64,000 nucleotides of DNA, from the NCBI GenBank assembly GCA_965214095.1, contig OZ243938.1, positions 864,001 through 928,000 on the forward strand. The letters run 5' to 3'. This DNA is from Candidatus Poribacteria bacterium. GTDB taxonomy: Bacteria; Poribacteria; WGA-4E; WGA-3G. The notes under the pieces were generated by a model. It did no database searches. It was given only the letters and a program-made list of their open reading frames with translations, and was not told where the DNA came from. The position numbers and the translations under genes were made by a program. Below are positions 19,909-30,200 of this stretch, piece after piece; the first letter of the stretch is position 1, and the number at the start of each line of letters is the position of its first letter.

Positions 19909-21741
19909 CTAAAGCTTACTTACATCCCACAAAAGGACAGTCCCATCAGAACTCACACTTGCAACCGTTTCCCCATCCGGAGAAAACGCAACATCATTGA
20001 TGTTTTGTGTATGTCCAGCAAACGTCTCTAGGCGTTTGCCAGAATGTACATCCCAAATGTGTACAACTTTCTCATTCTCAGAACTATTTGCAAGCAACCT
20101 GCCATCAGGAGAACATGCAAGATGCGTTACAACTCCCGCATCTGATATCGGTGTCCGTGTCAACTCACCTGTGGTAACATCCCAAAAACGGAGTGTTCCA
20201 TCTGCACTACCACTTACAAGTGTATCGCCATAAGAAGAAAACACCACGTTATTAACTTCCTTTTCGTGTCCAGTTAACGTTCTAAGGTGAGTCTGACTGC
20301 CAACATCCCATATCATGATTGTCTTGTCATCGCTGCTACTTGCAAGCATTTTTCCATCTGGAGAAAACGCAACTGAATTGACTTTATCCGTATGTTCACT
20401 GAAAGTCATCAAGCGATCTCCAATGAGATAAAGTTGCCCCTTACAAATCTCCCATATACATACTTTGTTATCTCTGGTACCAGTCGCGAGCATACATCCA
20501 TCAGGTGAAATTGCTATAGAAGAAAATTTTGTTCCATCTCCTCTAAAACTTCCGAGAAACCGACCAGTTGCTACATCCCACAAACGCGCTTTGTTAGAAG
20601 AATCTCTTGTCACAAGCATGTTTCCATCTGCTGAAAATATGATTGAATGGACATCCGATTGCCGAACAAAGGTAGTATTTATCTGTTTGCTATTTTGTAA
20701 ATCCCACCACTGGACTTCGTTTTCTCCACCACAAGTCAACGTTTTCCCGTCAGGAGAAAATGCTACAGAATAGAGTTCCATTGGTCTGTGATCAAGTATG
20801 GTAATATTTACTTCACCTGTGTTTGCATCCCACATTCGGACCGTGCCATCATCACTGCCACTGGCAATTGTCTCTCCATCAGGTGAATACGATATTGAAA
20901 CCACCTCGTCTCCGTGTGCCATACTGATCAGTAGTTCTGCTGTATCAACATCCCAAACATCGACTCTGTCCCAACGGCTACCAGTCACAAGTTTTCTTCC
21001 GTCAGGTGAAAATTCCATAGATTTAAACTCACCAACCCACTCCGTATTATTACTGAGTCGTTTACCGGTTTCTAATGCCCAAAACTGCAGAGGACCATCT
21101 CCTGTTGCAAGTATTTTCTGGTCTGTTGAAATGGCAGCAGCATTAAAGTTAGTTTCAAGGGACATCTCTTTCACAATTTCATAGTCTTGTGTATCCCAAT
21201 ATGCAATTTGTGACTCCTTATTAGCGGTATTGCCTACGGTAAGAAGATGTGTACTATCAGAAGTATATGTCATAATTGCATCTGACGAAAAATCTGTTAA
21301 ACATGTCTTTAGAAGTTGACAGGTACCAACATCCCATATCATGATTCCCCCACTTGTACTTGCCAGTTTATCTCCTCTCCCATTGAATGTTAAATACTCA
21401 ACATCATCTTTATTTCCAACACAAGTACCTTTGAGCAGACACGTCTTAGTATCCCAAATTTGGATTGCTTTGTTCTCACCACTCGTAGCGAAGAATTTTC
21501 CATCTGAGCTGAAGGCAATAGTCGTAACAGGTGCAGTATCCTCTGTTAGTAAGTCAAGTGCTTCTCCTGTTTCTGAATCATAGATCCAGACACCGATGGA
21601 TGAAACAACAGCCAATCGTTTTCCATCGGGGAAAAACTTTACTTGACTTATTTTTCCTCTCCCAAAACGGGTTTTTGCACCATCTGGTAATCCTACCTGT
21701 GCATTTTTATGAGTGAAAGTAGTGTCTTCGTTTATTTCCAT
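19909..21741 (-). CDS. WD40-repeat protein, type A
   Basis: WD40 repeats; paralogue of 11652-13490 and 15677-17518. Confidence 0.92.
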   Translation of the reverse strand: MEINEDTTFTHKNAQVGLPDGAKTRFGRGKISQVKFFPDGKRLAVVSSIGVWIYDSETGEALDLLTEDTAPVTTIAFSSDGKFFATSGENKAIQIWDTKTCLLKGTCVGNKDDVEYLTFNGRGDKLASTSGGIMIWDVGTCQLLKTCLTDFSSDAIMTYTSDSTHLLTVGNTANKESQIAYWDTQDYEIVKEMSLETNFNAAAISTDQKILATGDGPLQFWALETGKRLSNNTEWVGEFKSMEFSPDGRKLVTGSRWDRVDVWDVDTAELLISMAHGDEVVSISYSPDGETIASGSDDGTVRMWDANTGEVNITILDHRPMELYSVAFSPDGKTLTCGGENEVQWWDLQNSKQINTTFVRQSDVHSIIFSADGNMLVTRDSSNKARLWDVATGRFLGSFRGDGTKFSSIAISPDGCMLATGTRDNKVCIWEICKGQLYLIGDRLMTFSEHTDKVNSVAFSPDGKMLASSSDDKTIMIWDVGSQTHLRTLTGHEKEVNNVVFSSYGDTLVSGSADGTLRFWDVTTGELTRTPISDAGVVTHLACSPDGRLLANSSENEKVVHIWDVHSGKRLETFAGHTQNINDVAFSPDGETVASVSSDGTVLLWDVSKL

Positions 21742-21938
21742 CTAATAGGATCTCCTTTTTGTAGTTTGAATATTAGTCGTGTGTTGGTGTCTTTAGTCTC
21801 ATAGGAATGATATGTTAATTGTACTATGTCGTTCCTACGGAACTCAAAGTTGTTGGGGACAAATGTATTCTATAGACATATCGTCCCTACGGGACTAAAG
21901 AGTGTTTTCAGACCAAAATTGCTTATACCTAACTCACG

Positions 21939-24335
21939 TTATATTACATCATATTCTACTTCTGGAACATTCCACAACTTCACCGTACTATCCCATCCAG
22001 CAGTCGCAAGTGTGCGTCCATCTGGAGAATAGGACAGAAACCATATTCCTTCTATATGTCCATGTGTATAAGAAGCAATTACTTTACCAGTATTTGCATT
22101 ACAAAAACAGATCTGATCCTCTTCCCAATGCGTATAAGCGAAAGTCTCTCCATTAGGAGAATAGACTACATTACTCGCTTTCTTATCAATTGTCTTTATC
22201 GGCTTATCACCATCAACATTCCAAAATTGAAGTTCAAAGTCATTAATACATAGAAAAGTTTTGAAATCTGGAGAAGGTGCAACCGTGTGTCCCTGTGCCT
22301 TTTTGATGGTTTCTCCAGTAGTCAAATCCCAGAATCGAACCTCTCCATCAGTTGAACCGGCAAGCAATTGTCCATCCTTTGAAAACACAAGATTTCTTAT
22401 TTCAAGCGACATGGATTCGAGCATCTTCGTGCTTTTGCCAGAAGTAACATCCCACAGACAAACGTTTCCATGTTCATCGCCACTTGCAAGCATCTTTCCA
22501 TCAGCTGAAAACACAACTGATGTAATGCCATTCAAATGTTCTATAAAAGTCCGTTCTATCTCATTTTTTTCAGGATTTAGAATATTTATAGTGTTGTTTC
22601 GTTCATCTCTATAAGCTAACCTTATTCCATCTGGTGCATAGGCTATACAACCGACTCTCTGTTTATATAGATGAATTGTTTTCAAGTGCTCACACGTTTG
22701 TGTATCCCACAAACGGAGTCTACGATCACCATCCAATACTGCAAGCGTGTTGGAAACAGGTGAATGCGTCATAAATACATACATCTGTGCGTATCCATCA
22801 AGCGTCCTTGTAGGTGAACCTGATGCAACATCCCAAAATCGGATAGTGCCGTCAGAGTGACTGTTTGCCAAAGTGTTTCCATCTGGAGAAAATGCAATGT
22901 AGTAAGTTGTATCTGGTGGACTTTGAATAGTTTTTGTTTGTTCTGCTTTAGTAACATCCCAAAACTGTATCACATCATCATTGTAGTTGTTGCTAACGAG
23001 TGTATTCCCATCTGGACTGAAAACAACTGCATTTACGCCATCGGCATCCGTAGTAGCAGTTATTGTATTGCGTATGTTTCCTGTATCAGTATTCCAAATT
23101 CTGATCTTACCATCCTGATTTCCACTTGCAAGCCTTCTACTATCGGGTGAAAAAGAAATTGATGAAACTGAACCTGAATGTTTTGTAAGTGTGTGCAGGA
23201 ATTCTCCCGTGTGTGCGTTCCACAGATGTATCATTTTATCTGTCCCATAACTTGCAAGTAACTCTCCGTTTGACGAACACATTACTTCGGATACACCTCC
23301 AGCATGTCCAGCAATAGTCAACATCTGTTTGCCTGATGCAACGTCCCAAAAATAAATCAATTCATCATCTCCGCCGCTAATAAGTATCTGTCCATCTTGA
23401 CTAAAAGTTAAAGATCTTACACCATCAGTATGTCCTGAGAGTGTCAACTTAAGGTCACCCGTTTGGAGATCCCTTAATGTAATTTTATTGTCTTCACCAT
23501 CATTCGCCAAGAGTGAATTATCAGGACTAATTGCAACACTGTGAACCCCTTCCGTGTGTTCCAAAAACAGATTGAGTTCTTTCCCAGTATGTGCATCATA
23601 AAGCCAAACACCGATAGTGCTTGCTGCTGCAAATAGCGAACCATCTTTGGAATATGTAATATCAAAAGGATAACCTTTTCCAAGTCGTGCTTTTGCACCA
23701 TCAGGTAATTTCCAACTTGTAACATCTTGTGATTGTAAAGATTCTGCTGTCATAACTTCTCCTCTTTCTGTTTCTACGCCAAACTCCTGTCGTAGCAGTG
23801 TGCGAATATCTCTTAATCTACTCTTTACTGTACCTGCAGGCATCTTGAATTTCTCAGCAATTTCTCTGATATTCCATAATTCCAAGTAGTATAATTCCGC
23901 AACAGAACGCACTTTCTTTGGCAACTGATGTATCGCTTCTTTAACATCGGTGATTAGTTGCGTATTGTAATATCGCCTTGTAGCGTCTTGATCAATATGT
24001 TCCACCAATACGGACTCCTGATGAGGTATTTCACTATATCTATGATGTGTTGTTTTATAATACCGTTTGCATGCGTTGAGTGCGATGCGGTGTAGCCACG
24101 GTCCAAAACTATCAACATTTCTCAATCCAGTGATATTTTGCCACACAGACATCCAAATGTCATTACTAATCTCTTCGGCATCTTGGAGATGTCTTGAATT
24201 AGCGACAATGACACGCCAAATCCGAGGTGTATAACGGGTCATGAGTTCTGCAAAGGCTGCTTCATCCCTGTCTTGAACGAGTTGAATCAGTTCTGTATCT
24301 GCAAGGTCACTGAACACCAGAAACTCATTGGTCAT
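21939..24335 (-). CDS. ECF sigma-70 factor fused to type B WD40 propeller
   Basis: Sigma region 2 (DAEEISNDIW..SFGPWLHRIALN) and region 4 (LYYLELWNIREIAEKFKMPAGTVKSRL), followed by WD40 repeats. No obvious transmembrane segment. Confidence 0.92.
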   Translation of the reverse strand: MTNEFLVFSDLADTELIQLVQDRDEAAFAELMTRYTPRIWRVIVANSRHLQDAEEISNDIWMSVWQNITGLRNVDSFGPWLHRIALNACKRYYKTTHHRYSEIPHQESVLVEHIDQDATRRYYNTQLITDVKEAIHQLPKKVRSVAELYYLELWNIREIAEKFKMPAGTVKSRLRDIRTLLRQEFGVETERGEVMTAESLQSQDVTSWKLPDGAKARLGKGYPFDITYSKDGSLFAAASTIGVWLYDAHTGKELNLFLEHTEGVHSVAISPDNSLLANDGEDNKITLRDLQTGDLKLTLSGHTDGVRSLTFSQDGQILISGGDDELIYFWDVASGKQMLTIAGHAGGVSEVMCSSNGELLASYGTDKMIHLWNAHTGEFLHTLTKHSGSVSSISFSPDSRRLASGNQDGKIRIWNTDTGNIRNTITATTDADGVNAVVFSPDGNTLVSNNYNDDVIQFWDVTKAEQTKTIQSPPDTTYYIAFSPDGNTLANSHSDGTIRFWDVASGSPTRTLDGYAQMYVFMTHSPVSNTLAVLDGDRRLRLWDTQTCEHLKTIHLYKQRVGCIAYAPDGIRLAYRDERNNTINILNPEKNEIERTFIEHLNGITSVVFSADGKMLASGDEHGNVCLWDVTSGKSTKMLESMSLEIRNLVFSKDGQLLAGSTDGEVRFWDLTTGETIKKAQGHTVAPSPDFKTFLCINDFELQFWNVDGDKPIKTIDKKASNVVYSPNGETFAYTHWEEDQICFCNANTGKVIASYTHGHIEGIWFLSYSPDGRTLATAGWDSTVKLWNVPEVEYDVI

Positions 24336-24380
24336 AAACAGATATCCAATTAGACAAATAATGTAATTTGAGAAGGATGA

Positions 24381-27064
24381 CTATAGATACGGTTTACAAT
24401 CCCATACAAGAATTGTACCGTTCCTACAACCTGTAGCAAGCATTGTGCCATTTGGTGAGAAAGCCATTGAATGCACGAACGAATTATGTCCATTAAATGC
24501 ATGAATTTGTTTGCCTGAAGATATATCCCATATCCGTATTGTCAAATTCTCTCGGTCCTTATTCCGCCAAGTTGCTCCTGCAAGATACTTACTGCACGCT
24601 GAAAACACTAATGGACATGTCTTTCGGTAGCCTTCATTTTGAGGAATTACGCGAACTGTTTTATACTCCTTAGCACACCACAAACGGAATTCTTGGTTTA
24701 ATTCTCCAGCAATCAGATTACCACATGGAGAAAGACAATATCTAATGGATCGCTTGGTGTTTCCATAACTAATTCTGCAATCTCCTTACCCAAATCAACA
24801 TCCCATACTCTTGCAGTGTTATCCTTTGATCCACTCACTATTCGTTTCCCATCAGGTGAAAATGCTAATGACAATATTTCATCAGAATGACCAGTAAAAT
24901 GCATCGGACTCTCAGGATTTTCAAAATGCCACACATACACTGTCCAATCTTTGCCTCCAACAGCGAGTTGATCTCCAGACGGTGCAAAAACCTTAGGATG
25001 ATACCGTTCTCTCAGTACAGATGCTGTTTTGATCTTTACCTTAAGTTTTTCTGGATTATTGACATCCCATATCTTCGTCTCATCATCATAATTCATTGCA
25101 AGTATTTCTCCAGAAGGTAAAAGGGTCATAGCACTTATCCATTCACCTTTGAGAAATACATCTTGGACACATTTCTTGTCAACATCCCATAATGCGAAAC
25201 CTAGTCTTAGATTGCTTGCCAGTGTGTGATCATCAACCCACATCACCTTCGGTTCTGACCACGGGAGCTGTGGCTCTTGTCCTAAAGTGATAGTAGGTAT
25301 TCCATCATCTATATGATTGATAGGCGAGTTATTTGTGAAGTGTTTTGCTTGGGCAATGGCTATAGATTTTGCAAAGCCATAACCTCCTATACCTACAGAT
25401 ATCTCAAGTAACTTTTCTCTATTTTCAACATTCCACACTTCTATAGGCTTGGATGAACTATAATACACTAATGCAAATAACCTGCCATCTTCTGTGTAAA
25501 ACGGATCGTCAAAATTTGGGAATTCCGTTTTCTGTGTTCCTGATGCGAGATCCCATACCCGTAATGTTCCATCACTGGATGCAACGAATTGTCCACAAGG
25601 TGAAATAGTGACTGCATCTACCCAATCCTCATGACCTGAAAAGTGTGCTATTTGTTCTCCAGATGTTATATCCCACACTGATACACAACGGTCAATACGT
25701 TTATCATCTTTCAAAGTTTCGTCGGAAACTGCTCCAGCTATCAGGTGACTATCTGAAGAAAAAACAAATTCTCTACCCACAAATTTGATAATTTGCTTAC
25801 CTGTTTTGGGATCCCAAACGTAAGTCTGAGTTCCCTCTGTATCAGGATTCAGGCATACATTATCGTCATTGTACACTTTTGAATTCCCAGCAGTCGCTGC
25901 GAGTAAGTTGCCATCTGGTGAAAACTCAAGCTGCACTATATCATTTGATTTCCATTCATGATTTCCGCGATCCATCTGTGCGATACGTGTCCCATTCTGA
26001 ATATCTAAAACTGTAACAATACCGTCACCTTCAGCAGCAGCAACCCATTTGCCATTGGAAGAACAAGCGAGTTCAGCAAAAGCATCTTGATCCTCTATTT
26101 GTAGAACACACTTTCCACTCTGGACATCATATACCTTGAGGATGTTGTCAAGAGTATCTGCCACAATCCATTTGCTGTCATGAGAAAACGCAATAGAAAA
26201 GATACCGTGTTGTGGTTCCCATAACGAAATCGGTAACATTGTTGACGTATCATACCACCACAACCCCATTCCAGTACCTACTGCAATACACGTTCCATCG
26301 GGTGAGAGTTTGATATCATCTATACTACCCTTACCGAATCGGACAATTACGTCCTCTGGTAGAGCCCAAGTATTTCCAGATGGATCGTCTGCTATTGCGT
26401 TTAGCATTTTAGGTTTTAGGTTATGTGTCACTTCGCCATTTGACTTACTTGATTGATGTGTACGATCGGTAATTTTTTCCTTGTTTCTTCCTCTTGATGG
26501 ATCGACACCAAATTCCTTTCGCAAAAGTTCGCGTGTTTCCCTTAACTTTGTTTTCACTGTGCCTTCGGTCAGTGTGAACTCAGCTGCAATGTCCTTAACA
26601 CTCCACGACTCTAAGTAATACAATTCTGCCACTGAACGCACCTTTTGTGGAAGGTGATGAACCGCTTCCTTGGCATCAGCAATTAACTGCATGTTTCTAA
26701 ACCGTGCAGTAGCTGCTTGATCTATATGTTCAATTATCTCAGAATGTAGATGTGGGATTTCACTTCGTGCTTGTCTTGCCAAGGTGTAATAACGTTTGCA
26801 TGCGTTGAGTGCGATGCGGTGTAGCCACGGTCCAAAACTATCAACATTTCTCAATCCAGTGATGTTTTGCCAAACAGATATCCAGATGTCAGCATGTATT
26901 TCTTCTGCATCTTGCCGTTGTCTTGAATTAGAAGAGATTATCCCCCAAATTCTATGCGAATAACGTGACATCAGTTCCGCAAGAGCTGATTCATTTCTAT
27001 TCTGTACAAGCTGAATAAGTTCTGCATCTGTTAGGTCACTCAAAGCAAGAAAATTGTTGGACAT
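24381..27064 (-). pseudogene. ECF sigma-WD40 fusion (KPYL-tailed type) split by a 1-nt frameshift
   Basis: Adding one T in GTC-TTT-(T)CT-CCA-TGT at ~24732 joins ORF 24713-27064 to ORF 24381-24683. The join reads VFSPCGNLIAGELNQEFRLWCAKEY, matching VFSPCGDMIAGGMSCEIRLW in 52271-54292. It may be a sequencing error. Confidence 0.8.
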
Positions 27065-27160
27065 AAAAACAGATTCCTGAGCCAGTTTTAATGTATAGAG
27101 GAGAGTTTTATAGTAAAAGGTTTAAAAAAATAAAAATCGTATTTTGTAATTTTATGACAA

Positions 27161-29767
27161 TCACAGATAAGGTGTTAGGTCCCAAAGCAGGATAGTGCCT
27201 TCATGGCTTGCACTGGCTAAGAGTTTGTTGTCTGGAGAGAAGGCGAGTGCATGTATATCTGTCGTATGTCCCCGAAATGTGGCAAGATGCTTACCACTCG
27301 CGACTTCCCACAAACAGATTGGAAAGTTCTTTGTCTTGTTGTTCCAAGATGCTTCATTTACAATGTACTGTCCGCACGAAGAAAACACAGGAGAATCAAC
27401 ATGTGCACATTCTTCGGGCAGCGACAACATCTTCTCAAGCAGAAAGCGTTTCATTCCGTACAAGTTTTCGTCATCTTTGCAGGCCTTACGAGATCTGATA
27501 TCCCAAATTAGCATGTTTTCTTTTCCACTACAACTAAGGTACCGCTCACACGGAGAAAATTCGATGATTCCCGTTACGTTATCACTTGGAAACGTTTCTA
27601 CCTTTTCACCAAGTTCCATATCCCACAGTCTGACATTATTAGACTTTGATTCACTTGCGAGTAATTTTCCATCATGACTGAATTTCAAGGTATCAACAAA
27701 ATCACCATCATCTTCGTCATCGTTGTTATCACTTGGTTCAAGGGGATGTGTTAGTTCGTACATTTTTTTTTCATTTTGCACATCCCAAACATGTAAATTG
27801 CCATCTCCGTCTGCATAGGCGAATAGTGTGCCTGTTGGTGCTAATGCAGGATGTGCACTCCAATATTCTCGTCCCGTTGCTTCAATAAGTGGTATTCCAT
27901 TGCATTCAGTTTCCCAAAGATTAACAGTCTCGTCTTGGATACTTGCGACATAGAGTTTACCGCTATTGGTTTTATATACAAACTGATTTTTTCCAGCAGA
28001 TACCTCTTTAATTGCTGGACGCGAACGTTTACTTTCAATATCCCACAATACGACACCTTCTTGATAGTGTTTCACTGCTAACGTCTTTCCATCTCCGGAG
28101 AATATCATTGAATCAGGGAAGGAGATAGGAGAATGTATGAATTGGCGTTTGACAGGATTGTCAGTAGTCCATACATTTACATATTCATGTCTACGTTCGT
28201 AGGCAAGTTGTGAGCCGTTTGAAAATATGACATTATTTCCCCATTCAAATATTGAGCAGAATTCTGTTGCAGTCTGTCCCCATACTTCGTCGATGTATAA
28301 CATCTCATTACTTTCAAGATCACGGACTGAGATAGTAGTTGGACCTGTATCGTCATAATGGACAACCGCTGCGCGTAAAACGCCGTCTGGTGTATAGGAA
28401 GGCACAATACGATACACGTGACCATAATCAGTATATGTCTCAGCTTTTTGCCACGTATTGACATCCCAGACGTACACTGTGCCATCTTCACCACCAGAAG
28501 CGAGGAACTGTCCACACGGTGAAAAGCAGAGAGTCGTGACCCAATATTTATGTGCTGATAGGCACGCAATTTGTTCGCTACTTTCCATACTCCACACTAC
28601 TATTGACTCTGCATCGTCAGAGGTAGCGGAACTACACGTAGACGCTATCAATCGAGCATCGGGTGAGAAACAAATAGGACGGTAGTAGCCGCCTTTTTCA
28701 ATGTCTGCAGTCAATCTGGCAAAAGGTTTACCGGTTTCTACATGCCAAACTTCAACAACAGAAGTATTCCAATATGCAACGGCAATATATCGATTATCGT
28801 GGGAAAAGGTCATTCCTTCTAAGAAAGTCTCTGATTTGACCTGTGTCAAGCATGTGCCATCCTGGACATTCAAAATCTTAAGTATTCGATCTGAAAAACT
28901 AGCAGCTATCCATTTTCCGTTAGGTGAAAAAGTAACAGATTCAACTACTCCCCGTTCTACCTCATAAAGTGCGACAGGTGAAAGCGTTGCGAGGTCATAT
29001 ATCCAAAGTCCTATGCAGGTGCCAATAGCAAGATACTGTCCATCAGGTGAGAACGCCATTTTAGGTTCACTTCCGCGTCCTAATCTTGCAATCGCACCTT
29101 CAGGGAGTGCCCAGGTTGTTACATCACCTTCAAATGAACCTACCGGCACGGGAGTTGAAGTGTCTTGGTTTTCCATAAAACTGTCTCCTTGTCCTTGATA
29201 AAGGTCATCTTGCAATATAAGTTCTTCCTGTTTTAGACGATTTCGCGCTCGGTTGAGCCGACTTTTTACCGTGTTCAGAGATACACCTAAAGCCTCACTA
29301 ATGGCTTTACAAGACATTTCTCCGAGATAGTGGAGGATCATCGTTGTGCATTCTGTCCCCGGCAACATTTCCAGAAGGTTATAAACGATTTCGCTACGAC
29401 GTTCTGCGGATGCTTTTTCACGTTGTTCTGCTACATAAGAGACATAAGCAGTTTTTTCCAATATTTCTTCACTGGTAATATCCAGCGATTGCATCACAAT
29501 TCTTTTCTTTCGCAGACATGCTATACACTGCCGATTTGCAATCGTAAAGAGCCATCCAGAAAACCGATTCGGATCTTGTAGGGTAGGTAGTTTTTTGTAT
29601 ACTTGAAGGAATGTATCTTGAGTTATTTCCTCTGCAATATGATAATCACCGACTTTACGCCATGCAAACGTATGTACACTATGACGATATCTGTTAACTA
29701 AATCACTAAATGCCCCTTCGTCACCTGACAATATATCATAAATCAATTGAACGTCATCTTTTACCAT
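27161..29767 (-). CDS. ECF sigma-70 factor fused to WD40 propeller (PYL-tailed type)
   Basis: Sigma regions AEEITQDTF, FSGWLFTIANR and GVSLNTVKSRLNRAR, then WD40 repeats ending WDLTPYL. Confidence 0.92.
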   Translation of the reverse strand: MVKDDVQLIYDILSGDEGAFSDLVNRYRHSVHTFAWRKVGDYHIAEEITQDTFLQVYKKLPTLQDPNRFSGWLFTIANRQCIACLRKKRIVMQSLDITSEEILEKTAYVSYVAEQREKASAERRSEIVYNLLEMLPGTECTTMILHYLGEMSCKAISEALGVSLNTVKSRLNRARNRLKQEELILQDDLYQGQGDSFMENQDTSTPVPVGSFEGDVTTWALPEGAIARLGRGSEPKMAFSPDGQYLAIGTCIGLWIYDLATLSPVALYEVERGVVESVTFSPNGKWIAASFSDRILKILNVQDGTCLTQVKSETFLEGMTFSHDNRYIAVAYWNTSVVEVWHVETGKPFARLTADIEKGGYYRPICFSPDARLIASTCSSATSDDAESIVVWSMESSEQIACLSAHKYWVTTLCFSPCGQFLASGGEDGTVYVWDVNTWQKAETYTDYGHVYRIVPSYTPDGVLRAAVVHYDDTGPTTISVRDLESNEMLYIDEVWGQTATEFCSIFEWGNNVIFSNGSQLAYERRHEYVNVWTTDNPVKRQFIHSPISFPDSMIFSGDGKTLAVKHYQEGVVLWDIESKRSRPAIKEVSAGKNQFVYKTNSGKLYVASIQDETVNLWETECNGIPLIEATGREYWSAHPALAPTGTLFAYADGDGNLHVWDVQNEKKMYELTHPLEPSDNNDDEDDGDFVDTLKFSHDGKLLASESKSNNVRLWDMELGEKVETFPSDNVTGIIEFSPCERYLSCSGKENMLIWDIRSRKACKDDENLYGMKRFLLEKMLSLPEECAHVDSPVFSSCGQYIVNEASWNNKTKNFPICLWEVASGKHLATFRGHTTDIHALAFSPDNKLLASASHEGTILLWDLTPYL

Positions 29768-29792
29768 CAGAGACTCCTAATACAATCTATTT

Positions 29793-29982
29793 GAGGGGTG
29801 TGCATAAATAAATTATGTGCCTACATTGGCTGCGTCTTTCATCAAGTATTTCTTTATATGTAATTGTCCTCTTTGTAGCAGTATAATCTATTGAGACGTT
29901 TTGATCTTGTGGACGGCACGCGGAGCGTGCCTACTACTTTTAAGACTATATTTGAGATTGCTTTTCTTTATGCACACTTCTC
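29793..29982. mobile_element. 190-bp MITE with 8-bp target-site duplication
   Basis: TIRs GAGGGGTGTGCATAAA and TTTATGCACACTTCTC. The direct repeat ATCTATTT lies at 29785-29792 and 29983-29990. It is a copy of 453-641. Confidence 0.85.
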
Positions 29983-30000
29983 ATCTATTTACTCATATAT

Positions 30001-30030
30001 CATGACGCGATTATTTCTTGGAAAGGTTGC
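30001..30030 (-). promoter_or_regulatory. putative ECF-type promoter upstream of the sigma-WD40 gene 27161-29767
   Basis: The minus strand reads GCAACC-N17-CGTCAT, matching the generic ECF AAC/CGT consensus. Confidence 0.45.
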
Positions 30031-30200
30031 AGAGTTGACATATATTCAAAGATTATTTGCGTGAGTTCGGTATCAGTAGTTTTAGTAGCGGTAACTTTAT
30101 GAAGTTAATTTATTAATAATGAGACAAAATAGAAATGGGTGTTCCATTATACGAACCCAGATCACGTCTTACGCAATGTATTCACGTAGCACTGTTTAAT

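Noticed and set aside
7559-24335. Diversity-generating retroelement as the source of WD40 variation
   Set aside because: There is no reverse transcriptase in the window, and the differences are block-like and not visibly restricted to adenines.
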